From contig JBPOGH010000002.1 of assembly GCA_051252135.1 (NCBI GenBank), positions 96,001 through 160,000 of the forward strand: DNA of 64,000 nt, in the 5' to 3' direction. This DNA is from Verrucomicrobiaceae bacterium (GTDB taxonomy: Bacteria; Verrucomicrobiota; Verrucomicrobiia; Verrucomicrobiales; Akkermansiaceae). Below the pieces are notes generated by a model. It did not search any database. It worked only from the letters and a program-made list of their open reading frames with translations, and was not told the origin of the DNA. Shown here piece after piece: positions 1-8,280 of the stretch (positions are counted from its first letter, which is position 1; each line of letters starts with the position of its first letter). A program made the translations under genes and the position numbers.

Positions 1-1713
1 ATCGGCGAGGTGGGCTTCGACGCGAGCGCCGAGGCCGAAGTGATTGCTTTTGGTGCCGCGGAGGCTGACGAGGATGGATTGGTTGGAGGAGTCGTTATTG
101 CGGTAGATGCCGACGGGATCGTTCATGTTGTTGACGACGAGGTCGAGGTCGCCATCGCGGTCGAGGTCCGTGAGGACGGCGCCGTGGCTGACGGTGAGAT
201 CGCCGAGGCCCCATTTGTCGGAGACGTCGTCGAAGCGGAGGTCGCCTTTGTTTTGGAAGGCGAGGTTCTTTTCTTTGAAGCGCGGGGAGGCGAGGAAGAG
301 GGCCTGGATTTCGTCCCATTTTCCGCCGCGTTGTTTGACGTCATCCATGCGGATGCTGAGGTCGCTGTCCTGGACGTTGCGTTCGATTCCGTTGGTGAAG
401 TAGGCGTCTTCGAGTCCGTCGTTATCGAGGTCTCCAAAGATTCCGGCCCAGGTCCAATCGGTGCTATCGATTCCGGAGTAGAAGGCGGTGTCGAGGAATC
501 TGCCGGTGCCGGTGTTTACCTGCATGGCGTTGCGCATGTATTGGCGGGGCTCGAGGTTGTCGAGGAACCAGGCGGTGGAGGACATGGCTCCCATCATGGT
601 TTTTTGTTTGAAATGGGTGGTGGCGGACATGTCGGTGCTGAGGTAGTCAAACCAGCCGTCGTTGTTGATGTCGGCGAAGTCGCTGCCCATGGAATTCCAG
701 CTGGTGTAGGGGAGGGCGTCGTAGATGGCGTCACTGAAGGTGCCGTTGCGATTGTTGCGGTAGAGGTGGTCGGGGGTGTGGAAGTCGTTGGAGACGTAGA
801 GGTCGGGGTAGTTGTCGTTATTGTAATCCCACCAGACGGCGGCGAGGCCGTGCTCGCGGGCGATGCTGATTCCGGCAGCGCGAGTGACGTCCCGGAAGAT
901 GAGGTCGATGGGGTCGGTTGTGGATTCGTTGATGTAGAGGTGGTCGTAGGTGCCCAGTTCGGCGAGGGTTCCGTCTCCGACGAAGGAGGCGTCGCGCTGG
1001 AATTCGGGAGCGGGGATGAGGTTTCCTTCGGCGTCCCGGATGACGTTGATTTTGTAATCGAACATTTCCTTGATGGAGAGGAGCCGGGTTTCGGTGCGGT
1101 AGAGGTCGAGGTCGCCATCGAGATCATAGTCGGAGAAGGCGACCATGGAGGGTGCGCGGAATTCGGGATTACCGCCGCTGAAGGGGTTGTGCTCGAAGGT
1201 GCCGTCTCCCTGGTTGAGGTAGAGGATATCGTATCCGCCTTTGTAGCAGAGGTAGAGGTCGAGGTCGCCGTCGTTATCGATATCAGCGAAGGCGGCTCCG
1301 GATCCCCAGCCTTTGTCATCTCTGATTCCGGCAGCTTTGGTGACATCCTGGAAGTGCCAGGGTTTGGTCTGGAGGAAGAGTTTGCCGGGGCTATCCTGGG
1401 AGACGAGGAAGAGGTCGGGGAGGCCGTTGGAGTCGACATCACCGACGGCGAGGCCGGCGCCGGAGAGGAGGTAATTTTTGATGTTCTCCGGGTTGAGTTG
1501 GTTTTGGAACTCGATGCCGAGATCGGGGCCCGGGAGTGGGCTGAAGAGTTTTTGATCTCCTTGGTCTGCTCTTTGGGTGAGGGGTGAGGCTTCGAGGTTT
1601 TTTTCAGCGGGGGTCCAATTTTCTCCGGCTTGTCCGACCAAGCAGGTGCTGGCGGCCATGGCCAGGCAGAGGAGGAGGGTGGTGACGCGACGATGAGGGA
1701 GGAGCGTGGACAT
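1..1713 (-). CDS. FG-GAP/VCBS-repeat (CRTAC1/ASPIC-UnbV-like) secreted protein, 3'-truncated by window edge
   Basis: Not in the ORF track because no stop falls inside the window. Manual translation from ATG 1713: MSTLLPHRRVTTLLLCLAMAAS (signal-like) ... GAGLAVGDVDSNGLPDLFLV ... SMGSDFADINNDGWFDY ... STDWTWAGIFGDLDNDGLEDAYFTNG, i.e. repeated DxDxDG Ca-binding motifs. Confidence 0.85.
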   Translation of the reverse strand, partial: MSTLLPHRRVTTLLLCLAMAASTCLVGQAGENWTPAEKNLEASPLTQRADQGDQKLFSPLPGPDLGIEFQNQLNPENIKNYLLSGAGLAVGDVDSNGLPDLFLVSQDSPGKLFLQTKPWHFQDVTKAAGIRDDKGWGSGAAFADIDNDGDLDLYLCYKGGYDILYLNQGDGTFEHNPFSGGNPEFRAPSMVAFSDYDLDGDLDLYRTETRLLSIKEMFDYKINVIRDAEGNLIPAPEFQRDASFVGDGTLAELGTYDHLYINESTTDPIDLIFRDVTRAAGISIAREHGLAAVWWDYNNDNYPDLYVSNDFHTPDHLYRNNRNGTFSDAIYDALPYTSWNSMGSDFADINNDGWFDYLSTDMSATTHFKQKTMMGAMSSTAWFLDNLEPRQYMRNAMQVNTGTGRFLDTAFYSGIDSTDWTWAGIFGDLDNDGLEDAYFTNGIERNVQDSDLSIRMDDVKQRGGKWDEIQALFLASPRFKEKNLAFQNKGDLRFDDVSDKWGLGDLTVSHGAVLTDLDRDGDLDLVVNNMNDPVGIYRNNDSSNQSILVSLRGTKSNHFGLGARVEAHLAD

Positions 1714-1756
1714 GGGAGGTGAAGGGAGGTGGAGATTTAACGGTGCTGATGACATC

Positions 1757-1786
1757 AAAAAGCCGCTGGATCAACCAGCGGCTTTT
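1757..1786 (-). terminator. Rho-independent terminator after PEP-CTERM gene
   Basis: AAAAGCCGCTGG-ATCAA-CCAGCGGCTTTT perfect hairpin with A/T tails, just downstream of the stop at 1815. Confidence 0.8.
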
Positions 1787-1814
1787 AAAATAAGGCAATT
1801 CGCCAGAGAGCCCT

Positions 1815-2492
1815 TTAGCGGCGGCGGCGGAGAAGGCCCGCTGCGCCGAGAAGGGTGAGAACGAGCGAGCTGGGCTCGGGGACGGACTCGGTCACGGAGA
1901 AGGAGATGTCATCGATGTAGCCGAAGAGTCCTGGGACGTTGTCGTTACTGATGTCCCGAAGGCTGAGGATGGGGAAGAGGCCGGTGACGGGACCATTGGG
2001 AGCGGTGTTATCGTTGGCGGGAATGACTCCGCCATCGTTGATGGTGACCCAGGTATCGAGAGGGAAGGTGCCGGGGAGGATGGCGTTGGCGAATGAGGGA
2101 GGGTAGGAGTCGGGCTGGGTGCCGTTAAGGCGAACCAAGGAGTTCAAGGAATCCGAGGTGCCGGGACCATATTGAGCGACGCTGCCGGAGGGAATCATCA
2201 CGCGATAGGTGAAGGATACGGAGTCGACGCCGGCAATGGTGTTGGCGGGGAGAGCGATGTTGGGGCCTGAAAGGATGGATTGCCACTGGCCTCCTCCATT
2301 GAGGTTGATTTGGAGGACGTTGTTGGAGCCGTCCAGGGGATCGGTGACAATAGTGGTGGTGAGTCCACCGGATGGGTTGATGGTGCCGACGGAGTTTCCG
2401 TCGAAGTCATCTCCGATGAGAGTGACGGCCTGAAGGCCGAGGGATGAGCCGAGGAGGGCGGCACCGAAGAGAGTCAGGAATTTGTTTTTCAT
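1815..2492 (-). CDS. PEP-CTERM protein
   Basis: Signal peptide MKNKFLTLFGAALLGSSLGLQA; C-terminus VPEPSSLVLTLLGAAGLLRRRR. Start moved to ATG 2492. Confidence 0.9.
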   Translation of the reverse strand: MKNKFLTLFGAALLGSSLGLQAVTLIGDDFDGNSVGTINPSGGLTTTIVTDPLDGSNNVLQINLNGGGQWQSILSGPNIALPANTIAGVDSVSFTYRVMIPSGSVAQYGPGTSDSLNSLVRLNGTQPDSYPPSFANAILPGTFPLDTWVTINDGGVIPANDNTAPNGPVTGLFPILSLRDISNDNVPGLFGYIDDISFSVTESVPEPSSLVLTLLGAAGLLRRRR

Positions 2493-2606
2493 AAATCTGT
2501 AAGACAAAATATGGGGAGGATGGGATGCTGTATCAATACGAAAGTTCAAATAATCTCAAGGGGGTGGGAAGTGCTGACCTCCCCTAAAAGTCTGAAGAGA
2601 TGAGCT

Positions 2607-3335
2607 TTAGGGGGTTGATTGGGTCATCCAGGCGCGGAGTTTGGGGAATTGATCGGCGGGAAGGGCGTGTTTTGTGTCTTTAAAGAGGAGGAGGGTGAAG
2701 TTGATGCCTGCGGCGGTGGCTTCTTCTTCGAGGACTTTGAAATTGGGGAGGCGTTTGTCGCCATCGCCCATGAAGGCGAGCATGGGTCGGCCTTTCAAGG
2801 TGTCGAGACCGCCCATGGGCCAGCCGGCTCCGCCGGGCATGAAGGCGTGGAAGTAGGCTTGAAAGGCTCCATCGGAGTGGCCGATCTGGTGTAGGATGGC
2901 AGCGCCGCCGGAGGAGAATCCGGCGCAGATGCGGTGTTTTGGGTCGATGTTGGGGATGGTTTTTTCGACGCGGTCGAGGATGGTCTCGTAATAGGACCAA
3001 GGGGTCTGCCAGCCGCCTTTTTGGCCTTTGTCGTGACGGTAGGGGAGGGCGAGGCAGATGAAGCCTTTTCCTTCGGTGATTTGGATGGCTTTGGCGGGAG
3101 AGTCGCTTCCGGCACCGCCGCCGAACCAGACGAAGAGGGGAAACTTTTTGTCAGTGGTGTAGTCGGTGGGGAGATAGAGACCGGAGCGGGTGGGTTGGTC
3201 TCGCCAGGTTTTTCCAAGGTCAGGGAATTCGAGGAATGCGGTTTTTCCGGGGTCGAGTGTGATGGCGTCTTTGACCTCTTCTGCGATGGCAGGCGAGGTT
3301 AGGAAAAGTGCAGCAATGATTTTGATAGCGAGCAT
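2607..3335 (-). CDS. Secreted alpha/beta-hydrolase (esterase-like)
   Basis: Signal peptide; YLPTDY..PLFVWFGG; nucleophile elbow GFSSGG; C-terminal H (TKHAL). Confidence 0.7.
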   Translation of the reverse strand: MLAIKIIAALFLTSPAIAEEVKDAITLDPGKTAFLEFPDLGKTWRDQPTRSGLYLPTDYTTDKKFPLFVWFGGGAGSDSPAKAIQITEGKGFICLALPYRHDKGQKGGWQTPWSYYETILDRVEKTIPNIDPKHRICAGFSSGGAAILHQIGHSDGAFQAYFHAFMPGGAGWPMGGLDTLKGRPMLAFMGDGDKRLPNFKVLEEEATAAGINFTLLLFKDTKHALPADQFPKLRAWMTQSTP

Positions 3336-3344
3336 CAGAAAGGC

Positions 3345-4772
3345 CTACTTGAAGGTGGGGATGGGTTGGGGGGTGTAGCCGGATTTTTTGGCTCCTTCGG
3401 GGATGGCCTGGCGGAAGAATTCGTCGCGTTTTTTGTGGTAGTCTTTGTAGCCGAGGAGGCGGCAGGGGACGTTGGATTTGTTCCAGACGTTCCACTGGGC
3501 GAGGAGCTTGGCGGCGAGCTCGGGCTTTTGGGTGACGAGGTCGTTCGATTCGGTGATGTCGTTGGGGAGTTCGAAGAGCTGGGGTTTGGGGCTCATGTTG
3601 TCCTGAAGGTGCTTGGTGCGATCGGCGGTGAGGATGGACCACCTGGAGGAGTCGCGCCAGAAGAGGGCGTCGTGGGGTGGGGTTGATTTTTCGCCGAGGA
3701 CGAAGGGGAGGAGGTTTACGCCTTCCATGGCGGGTGCGGCTTGGGCATCGCCTCCGGCGACAGCGACGGCGGTGCGGGAGATGTCGATGGCGATGACGGG
3801 AGAGTCATAGGTGGAGCCTTTTGGAATTTTGGCGGGCCAGGAGGCGATGAAGGGAACGTGGACGCCGCCGTCGTAGAGGTTGCCTTTTCCGCCGCGGAAG
3901 GGGGAGTTGTCGGAGCCGTTCCATTTGGTGGGATGGGCCTTGCTGTTTTGGGGGCCTCCGTTGTCGCTTAGGAAGAAAACGAGGGTGTTTTCGCGGAGGT
4001 TGTTTTTCTCAAGGGAGGTGATGATTTTTCCAATGCCGGCATCCATGGTATCGACCATGGCGGCGTAGACGCGGCGCTTCTTTTCTTTGATGTGGGCGTA
4101 TTTTTCGATGGCTTCTTTGGGTGCCTGAAGTGGGGCGTGGGGGGCGTTGTAGGCGACGTAGAGGAAGAAGGGCTTTTCCTTATTGGTGTCGATGAAGCTG
4201 GCGGCATCGATGCTGAGGGCGGTGGTGAGGTAGCCGTCGAATCCGGCAGGTTTTCCGTTGCGCTCGAGGGCGGAGAGGTAGCCTTCTTTGATGGGTTGTT
4301 TGAGGTCGATGCGGAAGTAGTCGTGGCCGCCGCCGAGGAAGCCGTAGAAGTGGTTGAAGCCGCGTTTATTGGGGTGGAAGGGAGGGGCGGCTCCGAGGTG
4401 CCACTTGCCGACGATTCCGGTGGTGTATCCGGCTTTCTGAAGGCGGCGGGGGAAGAGGATTTCTCCGGGGTCGATTCCGAGGTGCGGATTGTTGGGGTCG
4501 AGGGCGGGGTTGGTCTCGAAGCCGAAGCGGTTCTGGTAGCGGCCGGAAAGGAGGGCGGCACGGGAGGGACCGCAGTAGGCGTGATTGACGTAGCCGTTCT
4601 TGAAGATGACGCCGGAAGCGGCGAGGGCATCGAGGTTGGGGGTTTTGATGTCGGTGGCTCCGGTGAAGCCGGCATCGGCGTAGCCCATGTCATCGGCCAT
4701 GATGACGACTATATTTGGCTTTTTTGCGAAAGCGCAGGAAGCGAGGAGGAGAGAGATGAGAAGTGGTTTCAT
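3345..4772 (-). CDS. Formylglycine-dependent sulfatase (S1 family)
   Basis: [24 protein letters not shown] (CxPxR), GKWHLG, SDNGG; signal peptide. Confidence 0.93.
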   Translation of the reverse strand: MKPLLISLLLASCAFAKKPNIVVIMADDMGYADAGFTGATDIKTPNLDALAASGVIFKNGYVNHAYCGPSRAALLSGRYQNRFGFETNPALDPNNPHLGIDPGEILFPRRLQKAGYTTGIVGKWHLGAAPPFHPNKRGFNHFYGFLGGGHDYFRIDLKQPIKEGYLSALERNGKPAGFDGYLTTALSIDAASFIDTNKEKPFFLYVAYNAPHAPLQAPKEAIEKYAHIKEKKRRVYAAMVDTMDAGIGKIITSLEKNNLRENTLVFFLSDNGGPQNSKAHPTKWNGSDNSPFRGGKGNLYDGGVHVPFIASWPAKIPKGSTYDSPVIAIDISRTAVAVAGGDAQAAPAMEGVNLLPFVLGEKSTPPHDALFWRDSSRWSILTADRTKHLQDNMSPKPQLFELPNDITESNDLVTQKPELAAKLLAQWNVWNKSNVPCRLLGYKDYHKKRDEFFRQAIPEGAKKSGYTPQPIPTFK

Positions 4773-4923
4773 GGAGGGGAAATTGGAGGAGCCTGGTTGG
4801 GGGAGTTATCTGCAGATTAAGAAGATTTTCGCAGATTATTTTTGGGGTTGAGGGGCTTGGTTGAGGATTTTTTAACCGCGAGATACGCAGAAGGCGCTCA
4901 ACTTGAGGGGCTTGGTTGGTGGT

Positions 4924-4951
4924 AGCGGGCGGGACGCCCGCTCTCCTTATT
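4924..4951. repeat. REP-like palindrome (copy 1)
   Basis: AGCGGGCGGGACGCCCGCTCTCCTTATT, internal hairpin GCGGGC/GCCCGC; similar to 11896-11924. Confidence 0.5.
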
Positions 4952-4956
4952 GGGGA

Positions 4957-6738
4957 CTATGGTTTTGGGATGAGGTGGGCGGGGATGTTGAGTTGGTGAT
5001 CGTGGGCGCCTTTGGCGAAGTTGCCGAGGGTGAAGGAGTTTTCTTGGGACCAGTCGGCTTCGACGCGGCCGTCGCCGAGGACGATGTTTCCGAGTTTGGT
5101 GCGGAACCAGTCGGTGAGGGCGAGGTATGAGGGATCGTTGGCGAGGTTGTTTTGTTCGCCGGGATCGTGGCGGAGGTCGAAGAGGGAGAGTTCGACTTTT
5201 TCACGCGGAGCGGTGAGGCCCCATGTGAAGTCGGAGCCTTTTTTGTTCGGCCGGGTGCGCATGGAGAAGGCGAAGTCGCGGCTGCGGAGGTAGGCGCGGG
5301 GGCCGTAGACGTGGTTCATTTCGCCGATGACGTAGTCGCGCTCAGGGATTTGGTCGTTAGCCTGTTTGATGAGGCTTTGGCCATCGAAGTAGGCGTGGGT
5401 GGGGTCGGTGAGGTCGACACCGGCGGCGTGGAGGAAGGTGGTGGCGAAGTCGACGAACTCGATGAAGCGGTTGGTGGTCTTCTTTGCGGGGATGAGTTTT
5501 TGATCGGAGGAGAGGGTGATGACGGAGCAGCGGTTTGACATTTCGTAGGGGCCGAATTTCGCTTCGATGCCTTGCTCGCCGAGGTGCCAGCCGTGGTCAC
5601 CGCAGGCGATGACGACGAGCCAGGGGCGGTTGGCTTTTTCGCTGGCTTGGCGGAAGTTTTTGACGGCTTTTCCGATGAGGGAATCTCCGTAGGCGCAGAA
5701 GGCGTAGTAGTCGCGGATGGCCTGTTGTTTTTCCTCGGGCTTGAGGCCGTCGGTTTGCATTTTCTTGTGCAGGGTGACGAGTTGGGGCGGGAGCTTTTTG
5801 AGTTCGTCGCGGGAGAAGTCGGGGATGTTGTAGGTTTTTCCGGCGAAGAGGTCGCGGAATTCCTGGGGCGGGAGGACGGGGCTGTGGGGGAAGTGGAAGC
5901 CGAGGTTGAGGAAGAGGGGTTTATTGGACTTGTGAGTGGTGAGGTAGTTGGAGAAGGCGGCTTCGATGTGGCCATCGAGGGTTTTTCCAGCGGGTTGGGG
6001 GCTGCGTCCGCCGATGATCAGGGTGGTTTGATCGCGGGTGTAGGCGCGGAGGAGATCGAGTTCCTTGTCGATGGCATTGAGGTGGGATTTTTGCCCGGGG
6101 GAGAGGTCGCCTTCGGGGACATCGGTGAGGACTTTTTCGATGCGGTCGCCGGGGAAGTGGAAGATTTCGGCGGTGCCGATGACTTTGTTTTTTTGACGGA
6201 GTTTGTCTTTGTAGAAATCGGTAAGGTTCTTGCGTTGGAGGTCGTTCTTCATGTCGACGGCGTGGTCGTAGAACTTGGGTTCCGTCCAAGTGAGGCCGGG
6301 GCCCCATTCGAAGATGTAGGAGCCGGACTTGCCGAAGCGGGCGGTGTGGTAGCCGGCGGTGCGGAGGACTTCGGGGAAGGTGGGGCGGCAGAAGTCGGCC
6401 TTGTTGTGGGACTGCTTGAAGCCGTAGGTGCCGTTGCGGTGCGGGTAGCGCCCGGTGAGCATGGAGACGCGGGAGGGGACGCAGCCGGGGGAGTTGCAGT
6501 AGGCGTGGGTGAAGAGGGTGCCTTGGGTGGCGAGCTTGTCGATCTCGGGGGAGGAGACGAAGCCGAGGGGGCTTTCGTTTTGTCCGCGGGTGGCCTGGTT
6601 GACGCAGGCGAGGGAGTCGCTGCGTTGGTCATCGGTGACGATCCAAAGGATGTTGGGGCGGTTTTCGGCCGCAAATCCCAAGTTCGAGAAGAGAAATGCC
6701 AAACTGGCGGTGAGGAGAAGCTTGAGAGAGGGAGGCAT
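4957..6738 (-). CDS. Formylglycine-dependent sulfatase (S1 family, long form)
   Basis: RPNILWIVTDDQR, CNSPGCVPSRVSMLTGRYP, HFPHSP, GDHGWHLGE; signal peptide. Confidence 0.9.
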   Translation of the reverse strand: MPPSLKLLLTASLAFLFSNLGFAAENRPNILWIVTDDQRSDSLACVNQATRGQNESPLGFVSSPEIDKLATQGTLFTHAYCNSPGCVPSRVSMLTGRYPHRNGTYGFKQSHNKADFCRPTFPEVLRTAGYHTARFGKSGSYIFEWGPGLTWTEPKFYDHAVDMKNDLQRKNLTDFYKDKLRQKNKVIGTAEIFHFPGDRIEKVLTDVPEGDLSPGQKSHLNAIDKELDLLRAYTRDQTTLIIGGRSPQPAGKTLDGHIEAAFSNYLTTHKSNKPLFLNLGFHFPHSPVLPPQEFRDLFAGKTYNIPDFSRDELKKLPPQLVTLHKKMQTDGLKPEEKQQAIRDYYAFCAYGDSLIGKAVKNFRQASEKANRPWLVVIACGDHGWHLGEQGIEAKFGPYEMSNRCSVITLSSDQKLIPAKKTTNRFIEFVDFATTFLHAAGVDLTDPTHAYFDGQSLIKQANDQIPERDYVIGEMNHVYGPRAYLRSRDFAFSMRTRPNKKGSDFTWGLTAPREKVELSLFDLRHDPGEQNNLANDPSYLALTDWFRTKLGNIVLGDGRVEADWSQENSFTLGNFAKGAHDHQLNIPAHLIPKP

Positions 6739-6794
6739 TTTTGGGTTAACCCGGATTTGGGGGTTGAAAGGAGAATGTGTTGAAGTAGGTAGAT

Positions 6795-8231
6795 GTGCAG
6801 ATGAAGATGGGGCTCTTGGTGTTTATTGCGGGAATGACTTTTTTGCAGGGGAAGTCGTATGTGCTGATTGTGGTGGATGATTTGGGTTACATGGACATTG
6901 GGGCCTACAATCCGGGGTCGTTTTACGAGACGCCGAATATTGATCGGTTGGCGAAGGAGGGGATGAAGTTTACCGATGGGTACGCGGCGAATCCGGTGTG
7001 CTCGCCGACGCGCTTTGGGATTCAGACGGGGCGGTATCCGACGCGGAAGGATGCGACGAATTTTTTCAGTGGAAGACGGGGCGGGAAGTTTGCGCCGGCG
7101 CCGCTGCATGATCGGCTGGATCACGATGAGGTGACGATTGCGGAGGCGTTTAAGGAGGAAGGGTATGCGACGTTCTTTGCGGGGAAGTGGCACTTGGGGG
7201 AGACGGAGGAATATTGGCCGGAGAGGCAGGGTTATGAGGTGAATATCGGGGGCTATTCGAAGGGGGGGCCGTATACGGGGAAGAAGTATTTTTCGCCGTA
7301 TAAGAATCCGCGGATGACGGATGGGCCGGATGGGGAGCACTTGCCGGATCGGCTGGCGATGGAGACGTGCAAGTTTATGGAGGCGAACAAGGACGGGAAG
7401 TTTTATGCGCTGCTGTCCTTTTACTCGGTGCACACGCCGCTGATTGGTCGGCCTGATTTGGTGGAAAAGTATCAGAAGAAGGCGGAGAAGATTATGGGGG
7501 AGGAGTTTGGGACGGAGGAGCAGGTGTTTGGGAAGAAGCCGAGGAAGGTGCGTATTTTACAGAAGCATGCGGTGTATGCGGCGATGGTGGAAGCGATGGA
7601 TGAGGCGGTGGGGAAGGTGATGAAGAAGGTGGAAGAGCTGGGGCTGGAGGATGAGGTGGTGATTTGTTTCACCTCGGATAATGGGGGGCTTTCGACATCG
7701 GAGGGTTCTCCGACTTCGAATCTTCCGCTGCGCGGCGGGAAGGGGTGGATTTATGAAGGCGGGATTCGGGAGCCCTTCATTGTGAAGTGGCCGGGGTTGA
7801 CGAAGCCGGGGATGACGAGCGAGGTGCCGGTGATGAGCACGGATTTTTTTCCGACTTTTGTGAAGGATGCCGGCGGTGAGGTGAAGGGAACGGTGGACGG
7901 GGTGGACCTGCGTCCGGCGCTCGGTGGCGGGGGTTTGGAGCGGGAGGCGCTTTACTGGCATTATCCGCATTACAGCAATCAGGGTGGGTTTCCGGGTGGG
8001 GCGATCCGGGTGGGTGATTGGAAGTTGGTGGAGCGGTATGAGGATGGGCGGGTGCATCTTTACAATTTGAAGGACGACATCGGGGAGCGGAAGGATGTGA
8101 AGGGGGCGCACGGGGCCCGGGTGGAGGAGATGCGGGCGAAGCTGCACGCGTGGTATCGCGAGGTGGATGCGAAGTTCCTGCAGAAGAAGAAAGGGCAGGT
8201 GGAGGAGCCGTGGAGGCCGGGGAAAGGGTGA
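6795..8231 (+). CDS. Formylglycine-dependent sulfatase (S1 family)
   Basis: VDDLGYMD, CSPTR, GKWHLG, SDNGG, LYWHYPHY. Confidence 0.93.
   Translation: MQMKMGLLVFIAGMTFLQGKSYVLIVVDDLGYMDIGAYNPGSFYETPNIDRLAKEGMKFTDGYAANPVCSPTRFGIQTGRYPTRKDATNFFSGRRGGKFAPAPLHDRLDHDEVTIAEAFKEEGYATFFAGKWHLGETEEYWPERQGYEVNIGGYSKGGPYTGKKYFSPYKNPRMTDGPDGEHLPDRLAMETCKFMEANKDGKFYALLSFYSVHTPLIGRPDLVEKYQKKAEKIMGEEFGTEEQVFGKKPRKVRILQKHAVYAAMVEAMDEAVGKVMKKVEELGLEDEVVICFTSDNGGLSTSEGSPTSNLPLRGGKGWIYEGGIREPFIVKWPGLTKPGMTSEVPVMSTDFFPTFVKDAGGEVKGTVDGVDLRPALGGGGLEREALYWHYPHYSNQGGFPGGAIRVGDWKLVERYEDGRVHLYNLKDDIGERKDVKGAHGARVEEMRAKLHAWYREVDAKFLQKKKGQVEEPWRPGKG
8028..8231 (+). repeat. 204-bp direct repeat, copy 1 (3' end of sulfatase gene)
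   Basis: Matches 11674-11877 with 6 substitutions by manual comparison, including the TGA stop. Confidence 0.95.
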
Positions 8232-8280
8232 GGTCCGGGCGGGTTGTCCCGGGTAATTGATCCTTGTCTGCTAGTGCCTG

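Noticed and set aside
10..1587. 525-aa + strand ORF and similar long V/G/E-rich or S/P/T-rich ORFs (e.g. 5572-6783, 11705-12997, 24951-26270, 43141-44316, 52934-54679)
   Set aside because: Antisense or off-frame shadows of motif-bearing genes, produced by the codon skew; no recognisable motifs.
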